Sequence record: SRR20825019_1298
Direction: 5' to 3' (one strand)
Length of the DNA: 44,553 nt
Of this stretch, positions 1 through 8,715 are shown piece after piece. Position numbers and translations under genes: made by a program. A model generated the notes under the pieces. That model ran no database searches, had not been told where the DNA came from, and saw only the letters and a list, made by a program, of their open reading frames with translations. Position 1 is the stretch's first letter. Each line of letters starts with the position of its first letter.

Positions 1-60
1 TGAGTATGGGCCCACGAGTGCAACTACCCGCGGGCATTTCTGAGTGCCATTGATCATCAT
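1..60 (-). CDS. 5' end of a probable elongation factor G-like GTPase (runs off the window)
   Basis: Reverse strand from ATG at 60 reads MMINGTQKCPRVVALVGPYS..., resembling the N-terminus before the P-loop of alphaproteobacterial EF-G-like proteins; GGAGG RBS upstream (ttcctcc at 61-67 on +). Only 20 codons are visible. Confidence 0.5.
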   Translation of the reverse strand, partial: MMINGTQKCPRVVALVGPYS

Positions 61-377
61 TTCCTCCGTCCCAGGACATCAACCATTAATGGCGGAGCAA
101 AGCTCCGTCGGTTTAGGACACAGGCATGTAAAATGAGCGGATAAATATGGTACCAGAGCCAGAGATAATTTCAAAAGGGCGGTGTATTCCCGGCCTCACT
201 CCATCAAACGACATTGATATGCTTGAGCTTTTACGAGTGTGCTCAGAACGGCACTAACGGTGCTGGAACACAAATTACCTTCACGCGAGTCGTATTAACG
301 TCAATCACCAGCGTTGCTATTCCCGCAGTGCAACATTATCTATGAAGCTGTATTTGGTAAACAGATTGGTGGGTATA

Positions 378-1310
378 ATGCTTAAGAGCTCTGCTGTTGA
401 AATCGTTGAGGTTGGTGCACGTGATGGCCTGCAAAACGAGAAAATCCTTTTCACGACCGAGCAGAAGCATGCGCTGATCACGCGCGCCATGGACGCTGGG
501 CTTAAGCGGCTGGAAGTTGCGAGTTTTGTGCACCCCAAGTTGGTTCCTCAAATGGCCGATGCTGAAGCAGTTGTGGAAAGCCTGCCTGATATAGCTGGCG
601 TCGAATATATCGGCCTGGTTCTTAATAAACGGGGTTACCTGCGCGCGATTGCCACACGGGAGGGGAACAAACGCGGTGTTGATGAAGTTGGTTGCGTGGT
701 AACTGCCTCAACTACCTTCGGGCAAAAAAACCAGGGCCAAACCCGTGAGGAATCTATCACTGTTGCAAAGGAGATCATCAAGCTCGCGAAACGCGATGAC
801 CTTCAAGCTCAGGTGACCGTGTCAACCGCATTTGGCTGCCCTTTTGAAGGTGAAGTCTCCAAACAGACCGTCGTAGATATGATCAAAGAACTTGCAGACG
901 CCGAACCGAGAGAAATAGCGATTGCAGATACCATCGGGGTTGCTACCCCAAAGGATGTCAGCCAGCTTGTTGCCATGATCCGGGATGCCCTTCCCGACGT
1001 TACCTTGCGGGCCCACTTCCACAATACCCGCAACACCGGCATCGCCAATGCATGGGCCGCTTATGAAGCTGGTATACGAATTCTGGATAGCTCGATCGCA
1101 GGCCTTGGAGGCTGTCCGTTCGCTCCGAGGGCTACGGGCAATATTGGCACTGAAGACTTGCTCTACCTACTTGAGCGGTCAGGAGTTGAAACCGGCGTAG
1201 AACTAGAAAAAGCCATTCAACTGGGCGAATGGGTAGAAACTATTCTAGGCCGAGCGGTCCCTGCCATGGTGACTCATGCTGGCGGTTTTCCTCAACCTGC
1301 CACCAAGTAA
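378..1310 (+). CDS. hmgL: Hydroxymethylglutaryl-CoA lyase family protein
   Basis: EVGARDGLQNE, ASFVHPKLVPQMAD, AFGCPFEG, ADTIG, HFHNTR, GLGGCPFAPRATGNIGTEDL motifs; start taken at ATG 378 (ORF opens at 342). Confidence 0.9.
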   Translation: MLKSSAVEIVEVGARDGLQNEKILFTTEQKHALITRAMDAGLKRLEVASFVHPKLVPQMADAEAVVESLPDIAGVEYIGLVLNKRGYLRAIATREGNKRGVDEVGCVVTASTTFGQKNQGQTREESITVAKEIIKLAKRDDLQAQVTVSTAFGCPFEGEVSKQTVVDMIKELADAEPREIAIADTIGVATPKDVSQLVAMIRDALPDVTLRAHFHNTRNTGIANAWAAYEAGIRILDSSIAGLGGCPFAPRATGNIGTEDLLYLLERSGVETGVELEKAIQLGEWVETILGRAVPAMVTHAGGFPQPATK

Positions 1311-1322
1311 GACAGTCGAGAG

Positions 1323-1355
1323 CCCGGAAGATCGACCTGGGAGCGACCTTCCGGG
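1323..1355. terminator. Hairpin between convergent hmgL and TPR gene
   Basis: CCCGGAAG ... CTTCCGGG inverted repeat between the two stop codons; no clear U-tract. Confidence 0.45.
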
Positions 1356-1371
1356 GTGTAACTTATGGCCG

Positions 1372-1857
1372 TTATTTCGCTTCTGCAACAAGCCTGTTAT
1401 GATCCGCTTCAAGGGAAGCCAACGCACTCACCGTAAGATCGTTTGAACTGATATCTTCCGCGCGGCGATAATCAGCATGTGCAGCTTCATAGCTACCTTT
1501 GGCTTTGTAAACATTGCCTCGGTTCACATAAGCCCGCCAGAAATGACGATCCTCACCGATGGCGCGGCTGCAATGCTCCTCAGCCGAAGCCAGTTCACCA
1601 AGCGCATACTCAACAGCACACAGGTTTGATAGCGCAGGCACAAGACGCTCTGTGCCAAGGTCTGCCCTGACGGCCCGGCGAAGGTGCTTCGCCGCCGACT
1701 TCAGATTGCCTTGACGAAGCGATTCCATACCGCGCTCAAGATTACCGTTCTCGCTCAGATACAGGGTTTTCGTTGATTGCGCTTCCGCATTAACTGAAAC
1801 AACTGAAACCGCAAACACCAGACCTGCTATCGCTACCGCCTTTGAAATTTTAAACAT
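1372..1857 (-). CDS. Secreted tetratricopeptide-repeat protein
   Basis: Signal peptide (MFKISKAVAIAGLVFAVSVVSVNAEA), TPR helices (ALSNLCAVEYALGELASAEEHCSRAI, AYVNRGNVYKAKGSYEAA); GAGGAG RBS before ATG 1857. Confidence 0.8.
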   Translation of the reverse strand: MFKISKAVAIAGLVFAVSVVSVNAEAQSTKTLYLSENGNLERGMESLRQGNLKSAAKHLRRAVRADLGTERLVPALSNLCAVEYALGELASAEEHCSRAIGEDRHFWRAYVNRGNVYKAKGSYEAAHADYRRAEDISSNDLTVSALASLEADHNRLVAEAK

Positions 1858-1978
1858 CTTTTGTCTCCTCGCGTTCTTCACGCCTCTATCGGTTGTGATC
1901 CCGCTTAAATCATGTTGGGGATAGACCCTATATTGGAATACGTATCTGGATAGTAATTGACAAAATATGCAGCTTAGG

Positions 1979-1993
1979 TATTCATATTTGAAT
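1979..1993. promoter_or_regulatory. Candidate LysR operator
   Basis: ATTCA-tatt-TGAAT dyad overlapping a T-N11-A frame in the divergent TPR/lysR intergenic region. Confidence 0.35.
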
Positions 1994-2012
1994 TGGTCAT
2001 GGAGAAACGACG

Positions 2013-2924
2013 ATGTTGGACTGGGAAGACCTGAAATATTTCTTGGCTATGGCAGAACATGGCAGCCTCTCGGCTGCTGCCCGCAAGCTGAATGTAAGCC
2101 AGCCCACTCTGTCTCGGCGCCTCACCGCACTTGAAGAAAACATCGGTGCAGAACTTTTCGCTCGTACCAGAACCGGGCTTGAGATGACGCTGCTGGGTGA
2201 ACAAATGCGCCACCACGCGCGGCACATGCAAGATGACGTACATGCTATTGAAAGGCTTGTAACCGGGCACGACAGCAGCCTGTCGGGCAGTGTCATGATC
2301 TCTTGTATTGAAGCTGTTGGCGCTGTCTGGCTGGTGAAAAACCTCAAACCCTTCAACCAACAATACCCAGGGATTACGGTCGACGTAAAAGTTGACAATG
2401 CGGTATCAGACCTCCTGCGCCGCGAAGCAGACATCGCGCTAAGGATGTTCAGGCCGGTTCAAAACGATCTCGTGGCCAAACGGACGGTCACCATGAACTA
2501 TGGCTACTATGCCAGCAAAAAATATTTGGCGTCTCGCGGCACTCCGGAACGGCTTTCGGAACTCAAGGACCATAATTTCATCTTGCCTCATGATGAAATT
2601 CTCACCCACACCAAAACCGACCCACGAAAAATCTATGCCCTCTCACGCTCCGCAGCGTTTCGCTCAAACAGCATGATGGCGCTGGCAACGGCGGTAAAAG
2701 AAGGCTTCGGCATCGGTGCGTATAGCTGCGTGATGGCGGCGGAAGAGCCAGATCTTGTGCGCTTGTTCGATGATCTTGTGGTGTTCAGTACTGACATCTG
2801 GCTCGTGAGCCACGCCGAACTGCGCCGCAGTGCACGCATCAGGGCAATGTTTGACTTTCTGGGGGATATGCTTGTTGCTAACGCAGATACCTTCAGCGGA
2901 CGAATTTCCGTGTCCGCCGCTTAA
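2013..2924 (+). CDS. LysR-family transcriptional regulator
   Basis: N-terminal wHTH (WEDLKYFLAMAEHGSLSAAARKLNVSQPTLSRRL), DLLRREADIALR substrate-binding domain, 303 aa. Confidence 0.95.
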   Translation: MLDWEDLKYFLAMAEHGSLSAAARKLNVSQPTLSRRLTALEENIGAELFARTRTGLEMTLLGEQMRHHARHMQDDVHAIERLVTGHDSSLSGSVMISCIEAVGAVWLVKNLKPFNQQYPGITVDVKVDNAVSDLLRREADIALRMFRPVQNDLVAKRTVTMNYGYYASKKYLASRGTPERLSELKDHNFILPHDEILTHTKTDPRKIYALSRSAAFRSNSMMALATAVKEGFGIGAYSCVMAAEEPDLVRLFDDLVVFSTDIWLVSHAELRRSARIRAMFDFLGDMLVANADTFSGRISVSAA

Positions 2925-3970
2925 GCGACGCTTCCCAGCCAATTGATGGGCTTGGTTTGCACATGCTGGTGATAGCTTCTCCAACTGGGGTCCACATGCT
3001 CTGTCTGGAATGGCAAACTCTCAGGCGGGATCAAACTCCAGACCAATTCACCTGTTCTGTTGCAGGGAAAGATAAGGTCAGCAACCCGTGTATGCCACGG
3101 TTCGCTATCGCCAAAGTCATCAAAAAAGTCCCAGGCAATCAGCTTGCCTTCACGAAGACCAATACTTTGCTGGCAATTACCCAGAATGTCTTCGACTACA
3201 TCACTCAACTCCACCTGCTCCCGCACGTTCCCAAGTAGACAAAATCGCTCAGTACCGTCACGATCCCTGAGCAAAAAACCACGAGAGTTTGGCAGGTAAT
3301 AATATTCCGTATAATCAAACGTTCTGTGAATTTCCCGCATCAGTTCAACGGTATCATATCGCCCGAGGCTATGGCTACCTGACGCTTGCAAGGCTTTGGT
3401 CAGTGGTTCAAGCTTGTCCGCCATATACTCCTTGTGCAACTCCACCATCATGGTCTTGATTTTAGTGAGAGCGGCGGGGTCATTCTTGGATACAAACCTG
3501 TCAATCAAGCCGTTATTGAACGCTGCAATCGTTGCTTCATCGCTCATCTGGCCGGTGAGTAGAATGGTCTTCACACCCAGGTTCTGAATTTCTGCACAGA
3601 ACTCCAGCCCACTTTTGGATGGCATCACCTGATCGACAATAACCACAGAAATCATCTCAAAGCGCGATCCTGACATCGCTAAGCGCCGCAGCCGCGAAGA
3701 CTTCAAGAGCAGAAGATGGTCACCAGCCTCAGCCCCTGCCCCTTCGGCACGACTGCCATAGTGAGCAAAGATATCGAAAGTTGCGTCTACAATTTCCTGC
3801 GCATGGCTGAGACATTTCAGTGCGCAACTTGGAGAGGAATAGCCAAGTATAGCGGCTTCCTGGCCTAAAACGGCCTTTAAAGACGCCAGAAAATCCTCAT
3901 CGTCGTCCAGCAAAAGTGCTGTGCAAGGATGATAAACAGGAATTTCAGGATAATAATAAGGTCCGATCAT
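2921..3970 (-). CDS. LqsR/JqsR-like response regulator
   Basis: Receiver domain split by an insertion: LLLDDDEDFL ... ISVVIVDQVMPSKSGLEFC ... ILLTGQ ... AFNNGLIDRFVSK, resembling Legionella LqsR; 349 aa; ATGA overlap with the upstream kinase. Confidence 0.8.
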   Translation of the reverse strand: MIGPYYYPEIPVYHPCTALLLDDDEDFLASLKAVLGQEAAILGYSSPSCALKCLSHAQEIVDATFDIFAHYGSRAEGAGAEAGDHLLLLKSSRLRRLAMSGSRFEMISVVIVDQVMPSKSGLEFCAEIQNLGVKTILLTGQMSDEATIAAFNNGLIDRFVSKNDPAALTKIKTMMVELHKEYMADKLEPLTKALQASGSHSLGRYDTVELMREIHRTFDYTEYYYLPNSRGFLLRDRDGTERFCLLGNVREQVELSDVVEDILGNCQQSIGLREGKLIAWDFFDDFGDSEPWHTRVADLIFPCNRTGELVWSLIPPESLPFQTEHVDPSWRSYHQHVQTKPINWLGSVA

Positions 3971-5205
3971 GCTGCCTCCCCCGCAGGTAACCAGATTCTA
4001 AATTCGGTGTACTCACCAGCTTCCGATTTGCATTCCAGTGCGCCTCCAAAACTATCTATAACGCGCTTACAAAATGCAAGGCCCAGCCCTGCACCTCCTT
4101 GGGTGTTAGAGTAGAACCGATCAAAAATCTTTGTTCTGGCGTCGGCCGCTATCCCGCGGCCGGTATCTCTAACACACATAGCATTTTTTCCCTCTATTCG
4201 AGAAAAATATATCTCAACCTGCCCCTTCTCTGCCGAAGCTATAGCTTCAAACGCGTTTTTCAACAGGTTCATCACGACATGGGACATCAACAAACTATCA
4301 CCCCAAAACGTAAAATCTTCGTGTTCCCGTACCCTGATTATTTCGCGCTCCCTCTCGGTCAGCGGATACCGTGCGAACACGTCATCTAGGACAGTTTGCA
4401 TCGAATGGTAGGTGAAACCGCGACTGTCAAACGCCTCATCCCGCACATTCAAGAGTAAACACTCAACCATATGAGAAGCTTTAAGGACGTGCCTATTAAC
4501 GCGCCCGCTTATCTCATCACAATGTCGGGCGTTATCGGTGCCTCCAGTCAGCGCGGTATCCCGGCAAAGCTTTGAAAAATTCTCTAGTTCCAGGCGTATC
4601 CCTAAAAGGGGTGTACGCAACTCGTGAGCAATGGAACCTGCGAGCGCCACAGCACGCTTCTGGTTGTGATGAATTGTCCATTCTTCAGCAAACTTGAGTA
4701 TAAGCCCGCCACCAAACGCAAACAAAATAACCGGTGCCGTCTCATACAGTCGGTAAGGATCGATCTCATTGTGAGGTAGTCCCATATAGGTCGCGACCGC
4801 CGCAAGGCTACCGAGCAGGAACATCATGAAAAAGTTGGATATTTCGACTGCAACAGCGAGATAAAGCATGCCGCAGATCATCGAGCCCAGCCAAATGCCT
4901 GAAGCGTTATTTTGCAAAAACATATAACAAAAGAAGAACGGCAGGCATGTCGTCAGAGTTACATAAGAAAGCACCTGAAATGCGCGGGACCGGTCAGGCG
5001 CAAAACGATCGACGACCAGCCAACAGACAAGAACACCAACACAGAGCGCCCGTAGCAGCGCGTTTTCATACCCTTGTGGGAATACATCCTGCCATATGAA
5101 ATAGTAGAGTGGAAAGCCGCCAAGACCGACCACTGCACCGGCTCGCATCTTTGAACGCGTCAGCTCAAAACTAGCCGTGAATTTTTGAAACACCCCTATT
5201 TCCAT
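3967..5205 (-). CDS. CqsS/LqsS-type membrane sensor histidine kinase
   Basis: About six TM helices starting GFPLYYFIWQDVFPQGYENALLR (CqsS/LqsS-like), H-box AGSIAHELRTPL, N-box NLLKNA, G-boxes DTGRGI and GAGLGL; no fused receiver. Confidence 0.88.
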   Translation of the reverse strand: MEIGVFQKFTASFELTRSKMRAGAVVGLGGFPLYYFIWQDVFPQGYENALLRALCVGVLVCWLVVDRFAPDRSRAFQVLSYVTLTTCLPFFFCYMFLQNNASGIWLGSMICGMLYLAVAVEISNFFMMFLLGSLAAVATYMGLPHNEIDPYRLYETAPVILFAFGGGLILKFAEEWTIHHNQKRAVALAGSIAHELRTPLLGIRLELENFSKLCRDTALTGGTDNARHCDEISGRVNRHVLKASHMVECLLLNVRDEAFDSRGFTYHSMQTVLDDVFARYPLTEREREIIRVREHEDFTFWGDSLLMSHVVMNLLKNAFEAIASAEKGQVEIYFSRIEGKNAMCVRDTGRGIAADARTKIFDRFYSNTQGGAGLGLAFCKRVIDSFGGALECKSEAGEYTEFRIWLPAGEAA

Positions 5206-5310
5206 TTATACGCCATCTTCCATGGAATTTAGGCTAAAATGCTACCTATGTGTGTAAAAATACATATCTAACATAAAATTACACGACCTCCAACAATGAG
5301 GAAGCACCAG

Positions 5311-6540
5311 ATGGCAAATTCAGCAGTATGTGACCTTGGTCGCGCCACAACACCACAAGGCCCGCTAGAGCCTGACTTCATTACCCAGATCACCGACGAG
5401 GAGCTTACCGACCCTCAGCACAAACACTGGGGTAGAGCCGTTTTGACCAACAGTCGCCCCCTGCAGCCAGCAGTACGCATGCAGTCTAACGATTATCTCT
5501 CCATCGCTGGCGACCCAAGGGTATCACGCGCGAAGGCAAATATTCTCACCGAGGTAGGGCACGGTGACGCCATTTCCCGTGTATTCTCTCACGCCAAGGA
5601 AGACACTCACCGCAAGTTTGAATACAAAATCGCATCCCTGATGCAAGCAGAAGACGCGGTGCTTGTCATGTCAGGATATACCGCCAACACAGGGCTGGTG
5701 CAGGCGTTCTCTAAGCCCGACACCCCAATCTATATTGATATCATGGCGCACGCCTCTCTTTGGGAGGGCATTTTATGCGCTCGGGCAAAAGCCCGTCCTT
5801 TCCGACATAACGATGTTCAGGACCTGCGAAAAAAAATTCGGCGGTATGGTCCCGGTCTGGTGATTGTCGACTCTCTATACAGCACAAACGGGAACATGTG
5901 TCCGTTGTCCGATATTGTCGATGTGGCGGAACAAGAGGGCTGCGCCATCGTTGTGGACGAAACTCACTCCTTCGGCTGCCATGGCCATAAAGGAGGCGGT
6001 ATGGCAGTGGCGCAGAACCTTGCACACCGCATACATTTTCGCACCGTTGGTCTCTCGAAGGCCGTTGCAGCACGTGGCGGTGTGGTCGTAGGCTCCGCCC
6101 GCAATATGGAGTATTTCCGTTACGAAGCGCGGCCAATGATATTCAGCACCTCTGTGCTAGGGTATGAAGTTGCGGGCTTTAACGCAGCCCTTGATATTAT
6201 CGGATCGGAAGATTGGCGCCGCAGCCGTCTGCACGCCAATCACCGCTACCTCCGCACAGGCCTTCTTGCGCTCGGCTATGACGTTACGGAGAGCGACAGC
6301 CAGATTATTTCTATCATTACAGGCACTCTGGAAAACACAGTCTCGTTTCGCACGTTTCTCGACCAGAGAGGCGTATTGGGTTCGGTATTTTGCCCCCCCG
6401 CCACCCCTCAAAACCGCATGCTGTTGCGCTTGACCGTAAATGCAACGCTCAAAGCTCATGAGTTGGCTCATGTTCTCGATATCTTTGCGGAAGCTAGGGA
6501 AAAACTGGATATGAAAGGGTGGCCGACTCTACTGCAATAA
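5311..6540 (+). CDS. cqsA: CqsA/LqsA-like alpha-hydroxyketone autoinducer synthase (PLP, alpha-oxoamine synthase fold)
   Basis: QSNDYL, SGYTANTGL, IYIDIMAHASLWEG, FRHND, VDSLYSTNG, VDETHSFG, PLP lysine in GLSKA, IFSTS, GSVFCPPATP; divergent from a CqsS-like kinase. Alternative start 5296. Confidence 0.88.
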   Translation: MANSAVCDLGRATTPQGPLEPDFITQITDEELTDPQHKHWGRAVLTNSRPLQPAVRMQSNDYLSIAGDPRVSRAKANILTEVGHGDAISRVFSHAKEDTHRKFEYKIASLMQAEDAVLVMSGYTANTGLVQAFSKPDTPIYIDIMAHASLWEGILCARAKARPFRHNDVQDLRKKIRRYGPGLVIVDSLYSTNGNMCPLSDIVDVAEQEGCAIVVDETHSFGCHGHKGGGMAVAQNLAHRIHFRTVGLSKAVAARGGVVVGSARNMEYFRYEARPMIFSTSVLGYEVAGFNAALDIIGSEDWRRSRLHANHRYLRTGLLALGYDVTESDSQIISIITGTLENTVSFRTFLDQRGVLGSVFCPPATPQNRMLLRLTVNATLKAHELAHVLDIFAEAREKLDMKGWPTLLQ

Positions 6541-6541
6541 G

Positions 6542-8254
6542 CTAAGTGGAGCCCTTTTTCCTGTTGCGATAATGCGCATGCACTTCGTTGCCGTTTCCGT
6601 GGTATGTCAGTGCATTAAAGCAGCTTTTTGCCATCGTAATGCCTCGGCCATGCTTCTTGTCATGCCCAGATCCATCTTCGGTGAACGCCAAATAGTCAAA
6701 GCCCTCACCTGGGTCTTTTACCGCAACGAAGAGATCTTCTTTCTCACGTTCAAACGAGACGACGACATAATTGTCGTTAAACTCGGGAAGGCTACGGCGG
6801 CGGGAGATCTCAGCGTTCAACGTCCCCTGCTCGATCAACTGCCCCTTTTCAACGTGACCAATACCCAAACACCCGTGCTCGATCGCATTCACAAATAATT
6901 CCATCAACCCAATCGACACACCAACCGGGTCTGAGGTGGAGGCGGCGAGCTTGGTAGCGATCTTCTTGGCTTCCCGCCGTGACTGAAACTCAAAGCGCCC
7001 ATGAGGTGCGCTGGAACTAAGCGCTGCAAAATCAGGTGTCCGGTGAATGGCAACCGCAGTGAGGTCATCCGGCAATGCCCCAGGCACTCGGTGATAGAAT
7101 TGCTCCAAAAGTCGCTCAACCAGCGTTATACGCGCGCCCTCGCGCTCACATTCCACGACAAAGTCTACTAGGCCCTCTTCACCCATGAAATCACCTGCGG
7201 GGTTGGGGGCTTCCGTCAAGACGTCCGAATAACAGAACAGGCTCTCGCCCATTTCCAGCTTGTCATACCTGTTCTCATACTCGGGCTTACGTAGGATAGC
7301 GACCGGCAAGCCAGAACTATCCAGAAGCCGCACATCACCATCAGCTGACAATATCATCGGCCTTGGCGCTCCAGCACCTGCGTATACCAGCTCATTGGTT
7401 TCAAAGTTGAGAACCGCATAAAACATCGTTGCAAACTGGCCTAACGGGAAATTGGGCTGCAGCGCAGAGTTCAAGACCGTAAGAAATGCGGCAGGGTCCT
7501 CACGTGCCGCTTCAAAGCGGGCCATGGTGGCATGAACCCGAAAGGTATTGAGCGCGGCGCCTACACCATGCCCCGCAATATCCAGAACATAGAGCCCCAC
7601 GCGGTCATTTGAGATTGGCCAACAACCCCAAAGATCACCGCCCAGTTCAAAAGATGCCTTATAAAACGCCTCAATCGTGCCGCCGCTGAAGTCCTCGAGT
7701 TTTGCGATTGTTTTAGGGTCTGGCAGCAACGAATGCTGCATCTCCCGCGCCATTGACAATTCCGCCTGGATACGGTTCTGAAAAGCGCTTAAATTATTGA
7801 TAAGAAACTTGTTTTCAAGGTGCATACACGCCCGCGCAAGGAGCTCGGGTTGATTGATTGGCTTGGATACAAAGTCGGTTGCGCCGGACGCAAACACCTC
7901 AACCCGTTCTTCCGCCGTTTCCGAGGCAGACTGAACAAGAATGGGGAGATTTTCCGTTTTAGGGTCCGCCCTGAGGGTCCGGCAAACTTCGTAACCAGAG
8001 ACCCGAGGCATATTGAGGTCGAGCACCACAAGGTCAGGCATCTCTCGCTCAATAATTTCAAGCGCCTCTGCCCCATCAGCGGCATAATCGATATTGCTGA
8101 ACCCACCTCGCTTGAGGCAATTGCCGATCATCGTCCGCATAAGCGGCATGTCATCCACAACAAGAATACGTGCAGCGCTTACTTCGTCAGCGACATCGGT
8201 TGCTCGTCCAGGAATGTGAATGCCATCTTTTGGGGCCATAGCCTCAGGTCGCAC
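6542..8254 (-). CDS. Hybrid REC + PP2C (SpoIIE) phosphatase + RsbW-like kinase (HsbR/CrsR-like)
   Basis: REC (ILVVDD, LDLNMP, SKP), PP2C (LGGD, LDIAGHGVGAAL, YSDVLTE, DDLT), C-terminal HATPase_c (ELFVNAIEHG, DPGEGFD, HGRGI). Start could be ATG 8239. Confidence 0.88.
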   Translation of the reverse strand: MRPEAMAPKDGIHIPGRATDVADEVSAARILVVDDMPLMRTMIGNCLKRGGFSNIDYAADGAEALEIIEREMPDLVVLDLNMPRVSGYEVCRTLRADPKTENLPILVQSASETAEERVEVFASGATDFVSKPINQPELLARACMHLENKFLINNLSAFQNRIQAELSMAREMQHSLLPDPKTIAKLEDFSGGTIEAFYKASFELGGDLWGCWPISNDRVGLYVLDIAGHGVGAALNTFRVHATMARFEAAREDPAAFLTVLNSALQPNFPLGQFATMFYAVLNFETNELVYAGAGAPRPMILSADGDVRLLDSSGLPVAILRKPEYENRYDKLEMGESLFCYSDVLTEAPNPAGDFMGEEGLVDFVVECEREGARITLVERLLEQFYHRVPGALPDDLTAVAIHRTPDFAALSSSAPHGRFEFQSRREAKKIATKLAASTSDPVGVSIGLMELFVNAIEHGCLGIGHVEKGQLIEQGTLNAEISRRRSLPEFNDNYVVVSFEREKEDLFVAVKDPGEGFDYLAFTEDGSGHDKKHGRGITMAKSCFNALTYHGNGNEVHAHYRNRKKGST

Positions 8255-8265
8255 AAAGTGTACGA

Positions 8266-8568
8266 TTACCCCTCCAGCAGGTCAGAAAGTTTGGTGAGTT
8301 TCAGCATGCTGGCCACATGCCCCTGCGCACCGGTCACAGAAAGCTTCCAGCCCCCTGTATCGGCCTGCTCTTTGGCTATCAGGAACATGCCAAGCCCCGC
8401 AGAATCGACCATTTCAACTGATGAAAGGTCAAACACGCACGCCTGAATATCCTTCTCGGAAAGATCCTTCAATAGCTGACGAAACGCCACATTCTCTGAA
8501 AAGGTAATATCCCCGGTAAAGATGACCCGCGCAGTACTGTCGTCGCGACTTTCGATGCGGTATTCCAT
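8266..8568 (-). CDS. STAS-domain anti-sigma factor antagonist
   Basis: FDLSSVEMVDSAGLGMFL with phospho-acceptor Ser; 100 aa from ATG 8568 with GGGGAGAG RBS. Confidence 0.9.
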   Translation of the reverse strand: MEYRIESRDDSTARVIFTGDITFSENVAFRQLLKDLSEKDIQACVFDLSSVEMVDSAGLGMFLIAKEQADTGGWKLSVTGAQGHVASMLKLTKLSDLLEG

Positions 8569-8690
8569 GTTCTCTCCCCTGACTACAAGGTTTGATTTGT
8601 TGGTAGGCTTACGGCTAACAGGTAACGTAACCTCATAATATCGACTACGCATCCCGCCACAAGTAATTTAGCTGAAACTACAACTATTTA

Positions 8691-8707
8691 GTTAATCGAC
8701 TTTTAAC
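8691..8707. promoter_or_regulatory. Full CtrA binding site
   Basis: GTTAA-tcgactt-TTAAC matches TTAA-N7-TTAAC on both strands, about 125 bp upstream of the STAS start. Confidence 0.65.
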
Positions 8708-8715
8708 CGGCTGAT

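Noticed and set aside
5311-6540. Annotation as bioF or kbl
   Set aside because: CqsA-like motifs (QSNDYL, HASLWEG, FCPPATP) and the adjacent CqsS/LqsR-like genes favour an autoinducer synthase; no bio genes are nearby.
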